Shown here in pieces: positions 19,178 to 28,082 of a stretch of DNA of 64,000 bases (position 1 is its first letter; each line of letters begins with the position of its first letter). The position numbers and the translations under genes were made by a program. The notes under the pieces are model-generated. The model searched no databases and was not told the DNA's origin. It saw nothing but the letters and a program-made list of their open reading frames with translations. Source of the DNA: Candidatus Omnitrophota bacterium (GTDB lineage Bacteria > Omnitrophota > Gorgyraeia > Duberdicusellales > 4484-171); NCBI GenBank assembly GCA_037146775.1, contig JBAWWL010000006.1, positions 15,120 through 79,119 on the forward strand, written 5' to 3'.

Positions 19178-19852
19178 CTATGGTTCCAAAGTTTCTCCAC
19201 GCAAAATAGCCGGTATATTTGCCGCTTCTATACGCATACCGCCGTCATGCTCGATAACAATAGTATATACGAAGCCGGGAATAAACCTTGTACCCGGAGC
19301 TTCTATCTGGGCATTTTTTATTCCGATACGTTTTGCTGCGTTTGATGGCATGGCATATTCCCAAAATTTCCCCCAAAGAGCAGCCTCAAATGCATTCTTT
19401 GCTTTGCCCACGCGGTAACCTGCCGGTACTTCATTAAGTTTACTTATTTCATAGCTTTCGGTATTTTTCCCGTCCAGCATAAAAACTTTCCAAAACAAAT
19501 ACACGCTCTTACCGCGCAAGCGGTCCGCACGTTCAATATATAAATCGTCAAAACGTATCACAAGCGATTGAAACTGAATAATATTTCCGGAAAAGGTAAA
19601 ATATTTCGGCTCTAGAGGGTTGCCTTGCACATCGTATTCCAAAAACTTGATAGTTGTAGAATCTCGGTTAGCCTGCGTATCGTGCCTCACGCTTGTTACC
19701 ATCACTTGGGCAATACGCGAATCTGTTTCCAGACGAGCGATAATTTGTTTAAGTATCTTATTTTCGTGCAAAAACTTAAGCGAAAATTGGTACACAATAA
19801 AAATAAGAATAATGACAACGATAATCCGCATAAGGTATAATATGGCACGCAT
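19178..19852 (-). CDS. Hypothetical membrane-anchored protein
   Basis: N-terminal TM helix (IIVVIILIFIVY); no recognisable domain. Confidence 0.35.
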   Translation of the reverse strand: MRAILYLMRIIVVIILIFIVYQFSLKFLHENKILKQIIARLETDSRIAQVMVTSVRHDTQANRDSTTIKFLEYDVQGNPLEPKYFTFSGNIIQFQSLVIRFDDLYIERADRLRGKSVYLFWKVFMLDGKNTESYEISKLNEVPAGYRVGKAKNAFEAALWGKFWEYAMPSNAAKRIGIKNAQIEAPGTRFIPGFVYTIVIEHDGGMRIEAANIPAILRGETLEP

Positions 19853-20041
19853 ATGGCTTAAGGCAGAAAGTGCTAAAGTTTACTCATTACACAAAAAAAC
19901 CGCATCTCAGGCAGCGAAGCATCACGCAGATAGGATAGATAACCCCTATTTTGCGGTCTCAATCTTCCGATGCGCATCAGGAGACTTCATTCGTTCTTAC
20001 TTAAGCTGCAACGTTTGAACTGGTTACGCGGCGACAAATTT

Positions 20042-20419
20042 TTACAATTCGCCAGGAATAACGTTTTGGTTCTGACGTATTAACACAAGGACGGAAGACT
20101 GAGACGCCACAATATAGCGTTTTTTATCAAAAGTGATCTCAATGCCCTGATCGCGTAAAAAAATGCAATAGTCGCCTTCCTTGGCCTGTAAAGGAAAATA
20201 TTTATCCGTAGAATTCTTAGCCCAAGGTTCACGATCTGAAAGTGAAGGATCAGGGATTGGATAACCGGGGCCTGCCTTGACAATGCGGCCGGTTTGTACG
20301 CGCTCCTTCTCCCTCACGTTCTGAGGAAGATAAAGACCTGCGTCGGTTTTCCCCTCGCCATCATCCGGTTCAATAAGAACCTTATCGCCAACTAAAATAA
20401 GCTCATTCATCATAATCAT
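20042..20419 (-). CDS. GroES-fold (Cpn10-like) protein
   Basis: ILVGDKVLIEP...GEGKTDAGLYLP...RIVKAGPG resembles GroES, with an insertion in the roof-hairpin region. No groEL is adjacent. Confidence 0.45.
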   Translation of the reverse strand: MIMMNELILVGDKVLIEPDDGEGKTDAGLYLPQNVREKERVQTGRIVKAGPGYPIPDPSLSDREPWAKNSTDKYFPLQAKEGDYCIFLRDQGIEITFDKKRYIVASQSSVLVLIRQNQNVIPGEL

Positions 20420-20486
20420 ACCCTCGAATTACAATTTCTGTAAAAAAATCTCTTAAAACCACCGGGATTTTAATCTGAACAATTTA

Positions 20487-21032
20487 TTACTCGGGTTGCG
20501 ACCGCACATTATCCTTAAGAATACGCCTGAGATCATATTCGAGATGCCGATTCTCGGTAGTAGTAAAAACAAGCAAATATAGCCCGACGCTTTTAACAAA
20601 CCCGTAAAAATTAGGTAGCGTTGTGGTCCCAAAAGCTTTAGCGGTATCACTAAAGCAAATATAAAATTCATCCCTGTCACCGCGAAAACTACGATCAGAA
20701 AAAAACCCTCTTTTAACTTCGGAGGTACGTGAGCTTTCAAGCCTAATACTCTTTATTTTTTGATAGTCGACAGGCATCTGAGGCGTATCGCTATAGTTTT
20801 GTGGACCAAAATCTTCTAATTCCTTATATTTACTTTTTAGCCTCCATAGTTCGGTATAAATATTTTTCATAATAGCATTTGCCTTCTCTACCACCTCCCG
20901 GGAAGCCGCTTCCTGAGACGTTGTTGCCGGAGAATCGGTATTTTCTTCCTGTGCATGCAAATTATGTACGGTCAAAAAAGAAAGGATACAGAATACTATC
21001 GCGCCATTAGATATCTTTTTCATACACACCAC
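20487..21032 (-). CDS. Hypothetical secreted protein
   Basis: Cleavable signal peptide (AQEEN); no recognisable domain. Confidence 0.4.
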   Translation of the reverse strand: MVCMKKISNGAIVFCILSFLTVHNLHAQEENTDSPATTSQEAASREVVEKANAIMKNIYTELWRLKSKYKELEDFGPQNYSDTPQMPVDYQKIKSIRLESSRTSEVKRGFFSDRSFRGDRDEFYICFSDTAKAFGTTTLPNFYGFVKSVGLYLLVFTTTENRHLEYDLRRILKDNVRSQPE

Positions 21033-21074
21033 TGCGTCTTTTAAGCCGCCAGCGACACATAACGCATTTTTATA

Positions 21075-22490
21075 TTAAATCAAACCTTCTTCTATCATTG
21101 CAACAAACGTATCAACAACTGCGGGATTAAATTGTGAATGCTTGTTATTTTTAAGCTGCGCGAGCGCCTCTGTCTTGCTTAACGCCGAACGATAGGCACG
21201 ATCGGAAACCATCGCATCATAAGCGTCCGCCACCGATAAAATCGCAGCAAAAATATTAATACTATCTCCTCTTAACCGATCGGGATAGCCTGCTCCGTCA
21301 TAACGCTCATGATGCCCCCTCACTATCGTCAACATTTCTTCGGTAATAAGCACCGGCCTCAACATCTCCTCGCCGATAAGGGGATGTTGCTTAATAATCT
21401 CCCATTCTTTCTCGGTTAAACTTTCTTTTTTATTCAATACACTTTCCTGGATTCCCAACTTACCGATATCGTGGAGAAGAGCAATCTCTCTCAAAAGCTT
21501 GGCCTTTTCGGGAGGAAATCCCATACGCAATGCTATTTTTTCTGCATATACCGCAACCGATTCGGAATGGCCCTTGATATAAGGATCTCGCGCTTCTAAG
21601 ATCCGTACCAGAGACTGCACCACATCGTAAAAGTAGCTCATCAGCTTTTTCTGAGAATCATTGAGAGCTTTTGCCATCCGGTTAAACGACGCCGCCAAAA
21701 GCGCTATTTCGTCGTCGCTCTTTATGTGCACCTGATAATTCAATTCTCCTTTCGCTATACGACGGGTTCCCTCGACCAACTCCTTGATAGGCCGAACAAT
21801 CCGTTTTGACGCAAACATACCCAACAGAAGCGATACCAATATCCCCAATAACAAAACGAGCAACGCGCGAATATGTACTGTTCTCTGAAGCGTGTAAATA
21901 TCACGGGCTTCGATATCGACCCCCACCATCGCAACCGCACGGTTAGCTTTATCGAAGATAGGTGCATAACCCGACAGGGTTACGCCCCACTCATCGATTT
22001 CAAGCTTAATATCTGCCGACGGGCCTTCGAAAGCCTTGGACATCTGAGGAAAACGCGCTACCGCATATCGATCACCGGGATAAGAATGTGTTTGCGCGCC
22101 TTTCTTTTTCCCCATAACCGGGTCGGGATCGGCAATAAACTGCCACACGCCTTCCTGATCTGTCTTGGCCATCGTATAGATATATTTGATAAGCGGATTC
22201 GCCCGCTTAATATCTTTTAATTTTGCAACAACGGTTTTATATGCCGAAGAATCCACCCCTTCTTCGGAGAGCGGTATCGCCATAAGCGTTTGCGCATCTA
22301 TGGCAAACGAAGCCATTTGCGCAATAATCATTAGTTTTTCCCTTAGCTGCTGGAACTGGGAATTAAGGGCAAACCGATAGATCAATAAATTACTTATTGT
22401 CCCCATAAAAAGCATCGAGGCGACTAAAAGTAATGTGACCTTTGCCTGAAAACTGCTCAGAATTCTACGCCATCTACTCATATACACCAT
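21075..22490 (-). CDS. Sensor HD-GYP c-di-GMP phosphodiesterase (periplasmic sensor, TM, HAMP, HD-GYP)
   Basis: HAMP segment; HD motif HDIGKLGIQESV; GYP motif HHERYDGAGYPD; two TM segments flank an extracytoplasmic domain. Confidence 0.8.
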   Translation of the reverse strand: MVYMSRWRRILSSFQAKVTLLLVASMLFMGTISNLLIYRFALNSQFQQLREKLMIIAQMASFAIDAQTLMAIPLSEEGVDSSAYKTVVAKLKDIKRANPLIKYIYTMAKTDQEGVWQFIADPDPVMGKKKGAQTHSYPGDRYAVARFPQMSKAFEGPSADIKLEIDEWGVTLSGYAPIFDKANRAVAMVGVDIEARDIYTLQRTVHIRALLVLLLGILVSLLLGMFASKRIVRPIKELVEGTRRIAKGELNYQVHIKSDDEIALLAASFNRMAKALNDSQKKLMSYFYDVVQSLVRILEARDPYIKGHSESVAVYAEKIALRMGFPPEKAKLLREIALLHDIGKLGIQESVLNKKESLTEKEWEIIKQHPLIGEEMLRPVLITEEMLTIVRGHHERYDGAGYPDRLRGDSINIFAAILSVADAYDAMVSDRAYRSALSKTEALAQLKNNKHSQFNPAVVDTFVAMIEEGLI

Positions 22491-22531
22491 GCCTCATCAT
22501 CATACCGTAAATATAATAGACGAATAGTATT

Positions 22532-22559
22532 ATTATAAAAGAATTATTGACTATTGCAA
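22532..22559 (-). promoter_or_regulatory. Sigma70-like promoter for the HD-GYP gene
   Basis: On the minus strand: TTGCAA (22554-22559), 16-nt spacer, TATAAT (22532-22537); about 40 nt upstream of the start. Confidence 0.4.
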
Positions 22560-22601
22560 GAAGGGTAAAGAAACGGCAGGAAAAAGCTTAAACCTCTGGC
22601 A

Positions 22602-22931
22602 TTAATTAACTTTTGCCAAAAACTGTGAGATACTTTGCTGGCTTTCGTTACTCGCTTCAACAAATTCCAAGCCGGCATTATACTTTTCGGAAGCTCTCAG
22701 TTTGTTACACCAAGCGACTTTTGCCTTTAAATTAATTACCGTATCAACAAGGTTAACATACACTTTCATCAAATAATCTTTAGGAAGAAACGTGTCACTG
22801 ATAATTTTTATACCGCCGGAGCTGAGGTCTTTACTGACGGTGTAAAAATAGTTTCCTTGCGGAAGGCTCTTGCATTCCACCGGAAACGAAATGTTAACCC
22901 GTGGATATCTTCTTCTTTCCTCCACTATCAC
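22602..22931 (-). CDS. PilZ-domain c-di-GMP receptor
   Basis: RRRYPR (RxxxR) and DLSSGG (DxSxGG) motifs. Confidence 0.7.
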   Translation of the reverse strand: MIVEERRRYPRVNISFPVECKSLPQGNYFYTVSKDLSSGGIKIISDTFLPKDYLMKVYVNLVDTVINLKAKVAWCNKLRASEKYNAGLEFVEASNESQQSISQFLAKVN

Positions 22932-22936
22932 TCCCT

Positions 22937-23347
22937 TTACAATACCGAAACGTACTCGCGATATCGTAATCCTGGCCCCAATAATTTCTTTAATTCAAAG
23001 GGCAACGCTCTGTCAAACTTAACGCCCACGTGCCAGCCATCACGCACTTTCTTGCACCAACAGACACACCCATTTAGAACAAAGGACACTTTTTCCTTTG
23101 TGGAAAATTTAAGGGTAACATGGCTACGGGAAGGAAGATGGACAGGAGAAAAAATACTAGCACCTTGTACGCTAATATCCCTGCATTGCACCGGGTAGCT
23201 TTGAGTTTCGGAAAGAACTAAATTGCCCTGAAGTGAACATAAAAACCGCTCTGCGCGGCGCCAGCACTGGAATGTTTCGCTGATAGCCGATTGCGACGGC
23301 CCTACCACTTTCGTGTTTTGTGCGCTTTCTGTTTTTTTTAGGCTCAT
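22937..23347 (-). CDS. PilZ-domain protein
   Basis: WRRAER (RxxxR) and DISVQG motifs; in tandem with the preceding PilZ gene. Confidence 0.55.
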   Translation of the reverse strand: MSLKKTESAQNTKVVGPSQSAISETFQCWRRAERFLCSLQGNLVLSETQSYPVQCRDISVQGASIFSPVHLPSRSHVTLKFSTKEKVSFVLNGCVCWCKKVRDGWHVGVKFDRALPFELKKLLGPGLRYREYVSVL

Positions 23348-23682
23348 AAAAAATAATACTGGATCCGTGGCTTTGAGCTAAGAATCCAGTTTTTCATAAG
23401 ACAAAGAAACTTATTCTTTTAGTATAAATCCAATCTCATTTATAAAATACCATATTTTTCAATGATTTTCAAGTCAGCAGACAGATAATTCTTGTTCAAT
23501 ACTGCGCACAAACTGACCTTTGAGATGAACCTTGTCACGATCCCCTCCCATGATTTACGTTTTCCTGAAAAACATCATATATCGCAAACAAAAAATATCC
23601 AATACAGACATGATATAAGTGGTGACGCTTAACGTAGAAAATCTTCTCTCTCAGACCCCGGTTATTACAGCGGAAAAAGCAT

Positions 23683-23715
23683 AAAAAAACGCTACGCGCT
23701 TGTCAGCGAGTAGCG
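23683..23715 (-). terminator. Rho-independent terminator after exbD
   Basis: 9-bp interrupted stem at 23690-23715 (CGCTACGCGC / GCGAGTAGCG, 6-nt loop), followed on the minus strand by U7. Confidence 0.55.
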
Positions 23716-23778
23716 GAAATTCGCTCCAATTTATTCCAAAATAGCTTATTTTGCGCTCTGATCTCGTTTACACCCCGC

Positions 23779-24207
23779 CTATCGCCTGTCCAAGGCAGTT
23801 ACGGCAATGTTGATATTCTTGATATGTAAGCCGCTCAAAACATCCAGCACTTTCGCTATATATTTAAACTGAGCACTCTTGTCGGCGTGAAGAACCACAC
23901 CCACCTCTGGATTTTTAGCACAAACCGCCTCAACATTATCGACCAACTCCTCGAGGGTTACTGCTTCTTTCTCCACATAAATTACGCCCTTGTTATTAAC
24001 CGAAATATTTAACTGCCGCTTAGCGGTAATATCCTCCCCTTTCTTTGCGTCCGGAAGATTAATGCCTAATTTTTTCATGCGGCCAGAGCTGAACGTATAG
24101 AGCAGGCTAAAGGAAATAAAAAAGAAAATGAACATATTTAAAACAATATCCGTCATTGCTACGGACTCAAGAGAAACTAAATAATCTCTTTTTCCGGAAA
24201 TTTTCAT
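23779..24207 (-). CDS. exbD: ExbD/TolR biopolymer-transport protein
   Basis: 142 aa; single TM followed by the periplasmic ExbD fold; immediately downstream of exbB. Confidence 0.8.
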   Translation of the reverse strand: MKISGKRDYLVSLESVAMTDIVLNMFIFFFISFSLLYTFSSGRMKKLGINLPDAKKGEDITAKRQLNISVNNKGVIYVEKEAVTLEELVDNVEAVCAKNPEVGVVLHADKSAQFKYIAKVLDVLSGLHIKNINIAVTALDRR

Positions 24208-24828
24208 TTATTTTTTCCCCTCGTTTACCTCGGTAATTAATTCGAGCAGTTGGATCGAATGATTCGTAAGCTCGTTTGCAATCACTTTTATCCTGCTGAT
24301 AAAATAATTATAACAAAGAGAAAGCGGTATGGCGACTATCAAACCGGCAGCGGTAGTAATCATTGCTTCGTACATGCCGCCCGCCAAAGCGCTGACTGTA
24401 ACATTGGCTCCGGCGTGTTCCCAGGACATAAACGCTCTGATCAATCCGGTGATGGTTCCAAGAAATCCAAGCAACGGCTCAAGACCAATAATTGACACAA
24501 GTATTCCAAAACGTTTTTCAAGCCGCTGGACCTGATTATTTCCCGCTTGCTCCATTATTTTTTCAAGCCTCTCTCTGGGAAGGCTGCGGCGCTCTATTCC
24601 GATTTTAAAAACTGCCGCCAAGGGGTGATGCGTATGTTCACATAATTCCAAAGCTGCCTGTATATTGCGCGCCTTGATCTCTTTAAAAACTGTTTGTATA
24701 AATTTAAAAGTATCCAGCCGGACCCCTCTAAATACCAGCAGCCTTTCGATCACCACGGCCAATCCTATTATTGAACCAAGTATTATCGGAACCATTACCG
24801 GTCCGCCCTTGATGATAAAATTAAGCAT
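24208..24828 (-). CDS. exbB: MotA/TolQ/ExbB proton-channel protein
   Basis: 206 aa, 3 TM; conserved ExbB C-terminal region; start overlaps the stop of the hydrogenase protease gene by 8 nt. Confidence 0.8.
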   Translation of the reverse strand: MLNFIIKGGPVMVPIILGSIIGLAVVIERLLVFRGVRLDTFKFIQTVFKEIKARNIQAALELCEHTHHPLAAVFKIGIERRSLPRERLEKIMEQAGNNQVQRLEKRFGILVSIIGLEPLLGFLGTITGLIRAFMSWEHAGANVTVSALAGGMYEAMITTAAGLIVAIPLSLCYNYFISRIKVIANELTNHSIQLLELITEVNEGKK

Positions 24829-25327
24829 AGATCTCCTTTTTGCGCTTATCGCAAATATTCAAAGCTTCTATTATGATATCAGAAACGCGTGTAACTCTTT
24901 TTTTCATTTCCGGCGAAATAGGTTTATTGAATACGATCGAACGAGGCTGTACCCCGATACACACCACCTCACAGGGAAACGATTGCTTTAAATATGCCGC
25001 CATCACCGACAACGGCAAACGGTGTGTGCAGAATGAAATCGCGTCTATCTCCTCCGGAGTGAATAATAGCGCCTGCGTGCGCGGCTTCTTTATCTGCGCA
25101 GCGTCGACCATCACAATGTGCGTTGGTCTAAATTTTTTTATCTCGCCGGTAAGATTCTCCGGGGCGGTCGAGCCAAGAAAAACTTTTATGCGTACCTGAC
25201 GCAAGGCAAGATGTTTTTGGATTTCCTGCGCAACCAACATACCGCATGCGTCATCTCCGCGAATTTCAGATCCGATACCTACGATCGCGACTCTTCTGGC
25301 CCCGCGCAGCCTATTTTGTAGTTGCAT
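24821..25327 (-). CDS. hycI: Hydrogenase maturation endopeptidase (HycI/HyaD family)
   Basis: VAIVGIGSEIRGDDACG motif; start probably MQLQNRLRG; the maximal ORF extends to 25381. Confidence 0.75.
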   Translation of the reverse strand: MQLQNRLRGARRVAIVGIGSEIRGDDACGMLVAQEIQKHLALRQVRIKVFLGSTAPENLTGEIKKFRPTHIVMVDAAQIKKPRTQALLFTPEEIDAISFCTHRLPLSVMAAYLKQSFPCEVVCIGVQPRSIVFNKPISPEMKKRVTRVSDIIIEALNICDKRKKEIYA

Positions 25328-25685
25328 TTTGAGCGTTTGCACGGAATACCACCTTAAGTTTACCAGCGTCAAGCTGCGCAAGTTCTACATCCGGTGTAGC
25401 TTCTAAAGCTTTCTTGGGGCAAGAATCAACGCACTGAGCACAGTAAATACACCGCCCTAAATCAATAACCGCTTCAAACTGCTTATCTCCGACCTTGTTA
25501 ATCGTGATTGCGCCGGTAGGACAATCCTTAATACACAATTTGCAACCGATACACTTCTGGGGATCATAGCTAAGTTTACCTCTGAATTTTTTAGGCATAT
25601 CAAACTTTTCATAAGGATAAAGTATAGTGCTTGGTTTTTTGAAAATAGACTCAAGAAGCTGACGTATCATTTTTCCCGGTCTCAT
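25311..25685 (-). CDS. 2x[4Fe-4S] ferredoxin subunit (NuoI/MbhN/HycF-like)
   Basis: Two motifs, CIGCKLCIKDCP and CIYCAQCVDSCP. Confidence 0.8.
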   Translation of the reverse strand: MRPGKMIRQLLESIFKKPSTILYPYEKFDMPKKFRGKLSYDPQKCIGCKLCIKDCPTGAITINKVGDKQFEAVIDLGRCIYCAQCVDSCPKKALEATPDVELAQLDAGKLKVVFRANAQNATTK

Positions 25686-26644
25686 TGTAAAACCATCCCT
25701 TTAATGAAAAGATTGATCAATAACTGCACAAACGCCAGCGGTACCATATATTTCCAGCAAAAAATGATCATCTGGTCTATACGCAAACGTGCAAAAAGCG
25801 CCCGGGAAAGCGACAGTATGGCCACAATACAGAAAATCTTCCCCATAAATATACCGAAACGCAGAAAGGGGCCACACGTATAGCCAAAAGGCAGGAATAC
25901 CGCTGCCAAGAAAGCCGCTCCTACCACCATTTCAATGTTCAATGTCAAACGCAACATCGCAAAAAACCTTCCGCTATACTCGGTGAAGATTCCCGCCACC
26001 ACCTCGGTTTCTGCTTCCGGAATATCAAAAGGCGCTTTTTCTAATTTTGCTAAAAGTGCTAAAACCGCGACGCCAAAACCAATAACGTTATATAGCCAGT
26101 ACCAGGGATGCGTATCATAAAATACGGCAATACGCGAAAGCGACCAGCTGTCGGCCAATAACGCCGAAGATAATACCGCGATAAATAAAGGGACTTCGTA
26201 AGAAAAAAGTTGTGTGAGCGAACGTACCGAACCGATTCTGGCAAAAAGCGAAGTTGAATACCAGCCGCCGATAAAAAATGCGAGCGTAGGAATGGTCAAA
26301 AGATAAAGCACTACTATGACATCTCCATCAAAAGAGTATAACGCACGCATATTCCATAATGGAATATAAAAAATAGTCGTGACGGTGGCACTTAAGGCAA
26401 CCAGCGGCATTAACTTAAACATACTCTGATTAGCTGCCCGCGGTATGATAGCCTCTTTACCTAATAGTTTAATAAAATCAGCGACCGGCTGAAACCATGG
26501 CGGGCCAATTCTATTTTGCAGCCGTGCATATAATTTCCGGTCGATAAATTCCGCAAAAAAGCTAATGACAGTTAAAAAAAGAAATCCCGGGAATATTAAA
26601 ATACAAAAAAGATCTTTAAGGTATCTGAACATTTCAGCCATCAA
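25682..26644 (-). CDS. Membrane subunit, NuoH/MbhM/HycD-like
   Basis: 320 aa polytopic NuoH-family protein. Confidence 0.8.
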   Translation of the reverse strand: MMAEMFRYLKDLFCILIFPGFLFLTVISFFAEFIDRKLYARLQNRIGPPWFQPVADFIKLLGKEAIIPRAANQSMFKLMPLVALSATVTTIFYIPLWNMRALYSFDGDVIVVLYLLTIPTLAFFIGGWYSTSLFARIGSVRSLTQLFSYEVPLFIAVLSSALLADSWSLSRIAVFYDTHPWYWLYNVIGFGVAVLALLAKLEKAPFDIPEAETEVVAGIFTEYSGRFFAMLRLTLNIEMVVGAAFLAAVFLPFGYTCGPFLRFGIFMGKIFCIVAILSLSRALFARLRIDQMIIFCWKYMVPLAFVQLLINLFIKGMVLQ

Positions 26645-27876
26645 AGCCTGACTTTGTCGGAAAAACTTTTATTAAGATCTGAAAAATCTACCCCTTGCTT
26701 CTTATACCACTCAATACTGTAGTTACGTAACTTCCCCCATTCGATAATTTCGTTATCCTTTTTGCCGCCATATTCAAGAGAAATTAGTCTGTCCGTACAG
26801 GAAAAACAGGGGTCAATCGCCGCGATCACGATCGGCATATCGGCGAGGTAGCGATCTTTAAGCATTTGTTTTACCGCTTTCATATTAGCTAAGGTCGGCG
26901 CCCGTACTTTTACCCGTTCGGGCTTGTCAGTTCCGTTAGATTTTACATAATGCATATCTTCTCCGCGTGGAGCTTCATAACGGCTAATCGCTTCTCCTGC
27001 CTTAACCGTACGCGGTGCCCTGACGACGATAGGGCTATCCGGCAAATTCGTTAATATTTGCCGTATTATTTTATACGCCTGCATCAATTCTTTAAGCCGC
27101 ACAAGGGTTCTGCCGTACACATCACCATGAGTATCAGTAATCACCTCAAAAGAAACTTGGTCATAAGCAGCATAAGGGTCATCCCGGCGCACGTCGCGAT
27201 CTACGGCCGAAGCTCGGCCAGTGGGGCCAACCGCACCCAGACGCACTGCTTCTTCGTGAGATAGAACACCGACGCCGGAAAGCCTCTTGATAAGCGTGGT
27301 TTCTTCGGTACCTATCTCAATATAATACTTTGTGCGTTCCTCAAGCGTATCTATCGCTTTAAGAACATCTGTAATTTGAGTTTTATCGATATCACGCCGC
27401 ACTCCGCCTATGGTATTAATACCATAGTTTACGCGATTCCCTGTAAGTAAGGCTAAAATATCCATCACCACTTCCCGGTCACGCCAGGTATACATCAATA
27501 ATGTGTCAAAACCTATTTCGTGGCCGGCCACTCCCAGCCAAAGATAGTGGCTATGGATACGCTCTAACTCAGCGACAAGAGTACGAATATACAACGCTCT
27601 CTGAGGAACGGTTAAACCGATTAACTCCTCAACCGCCTGCACAAAACATGTTGAATGAGCGTGCGAACAGATACCACAAATACGCTCAATAAGATAGAGG
27701 TCTTGGATATAAGTTCTCTCTTCGCAGGCTTTCTCTATTCCACGATGGTTATAACCAAGCCGTATATCCACACCTTTGATTTTCTCACCCTTGAGCGCAA
27801 TGCTAAAACTTGCCGGCTCCTTAAGCGCGGGGTGTTGTGGCCCTATGGGAATTTTAAATTTATGCGCATGCGTCAT
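26641..27876 (-). CDS. Group 4 [NiFe]-hydrogenase large subunit (NuoD/MbhL/EchE-like)
   Basis: N-terminal nickel-binding RICGICSHAH (RxCGxCxxxH); C-terminal DPCFSCTDR followed by a 48-aa extension of the kind removed by HycI-type proteases; strong Shine-Dalgarno AAAGAGGAGA. Confidence 0.85.
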   Translation of the reverse strand: MTHAHKFKIPIGPQHPALKEPASFSIALKGEKIKGVDIRLGYNHRGIEKACEERTYIQDLYLIERICGICSHAHSTCFVQAVEELIGLTVPQRALYIRTLVAELERIHSHYLWLGVAGHEIGFDTLLMYTWRDREVVMDILALLTGNRVNYGINTIGGVRRDIDKTQITDVLKAIDTLEERTKYYIEIGTEETTLIKRLSGVGVLSHEEAVRLGAVGPTGRASAVDRDVRRDDPYAAYDQVSFEVITDTHGDVYGRTLVRLKELMQAYKIIRQILTNLPDSPIVVRAPRTVKAGEAISRYEAPRGEDMHYVKSNGTDKPERVKVRAPTLANMKAVKQMLKDRYLADMPIVIAAIDPCFSCTDRLISLEYGGKKDNEIIEWGKLRNYSIEWYKKQGVDFSDLNKSFSDKVRL

Positions 27877-27897
27877 AATATTCTCCTCTTTACTGCT

Positions 27898-27988
27898 CAG
27901 GAATCAGAGGCCAGAAACCAGATGCCAGACACCAGAATTCAGGGAACAGAGGTCGGAAGTCAGAGAACAAAAATCAGAAGACAGAAAA
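27898..27988. repeat. Tandem array of 13 degenerate 7-bp units (CAGANNN), upstream of the large-subunit start
   Basis: caggaat cagaggc cagaaac cagatgc cagacac cagaatt cagggaa cagaggt cggaagt cagagaa caaaaat cagaaga cagaaaa, followed by the hairpin GGAGAAA-aacc-TTTCTCC at 27990-28007. Confidence 0.75.
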
Positions 27989-28082
27989 AAGGGAGAAAAA
28001 CCTTTCTCCTTCTTGTCTTTTACTGTCCGCCCCACATTCTCTTCTTGCTTTCTTTTATTCTTTTTCATCTGCTCTCTACCAT

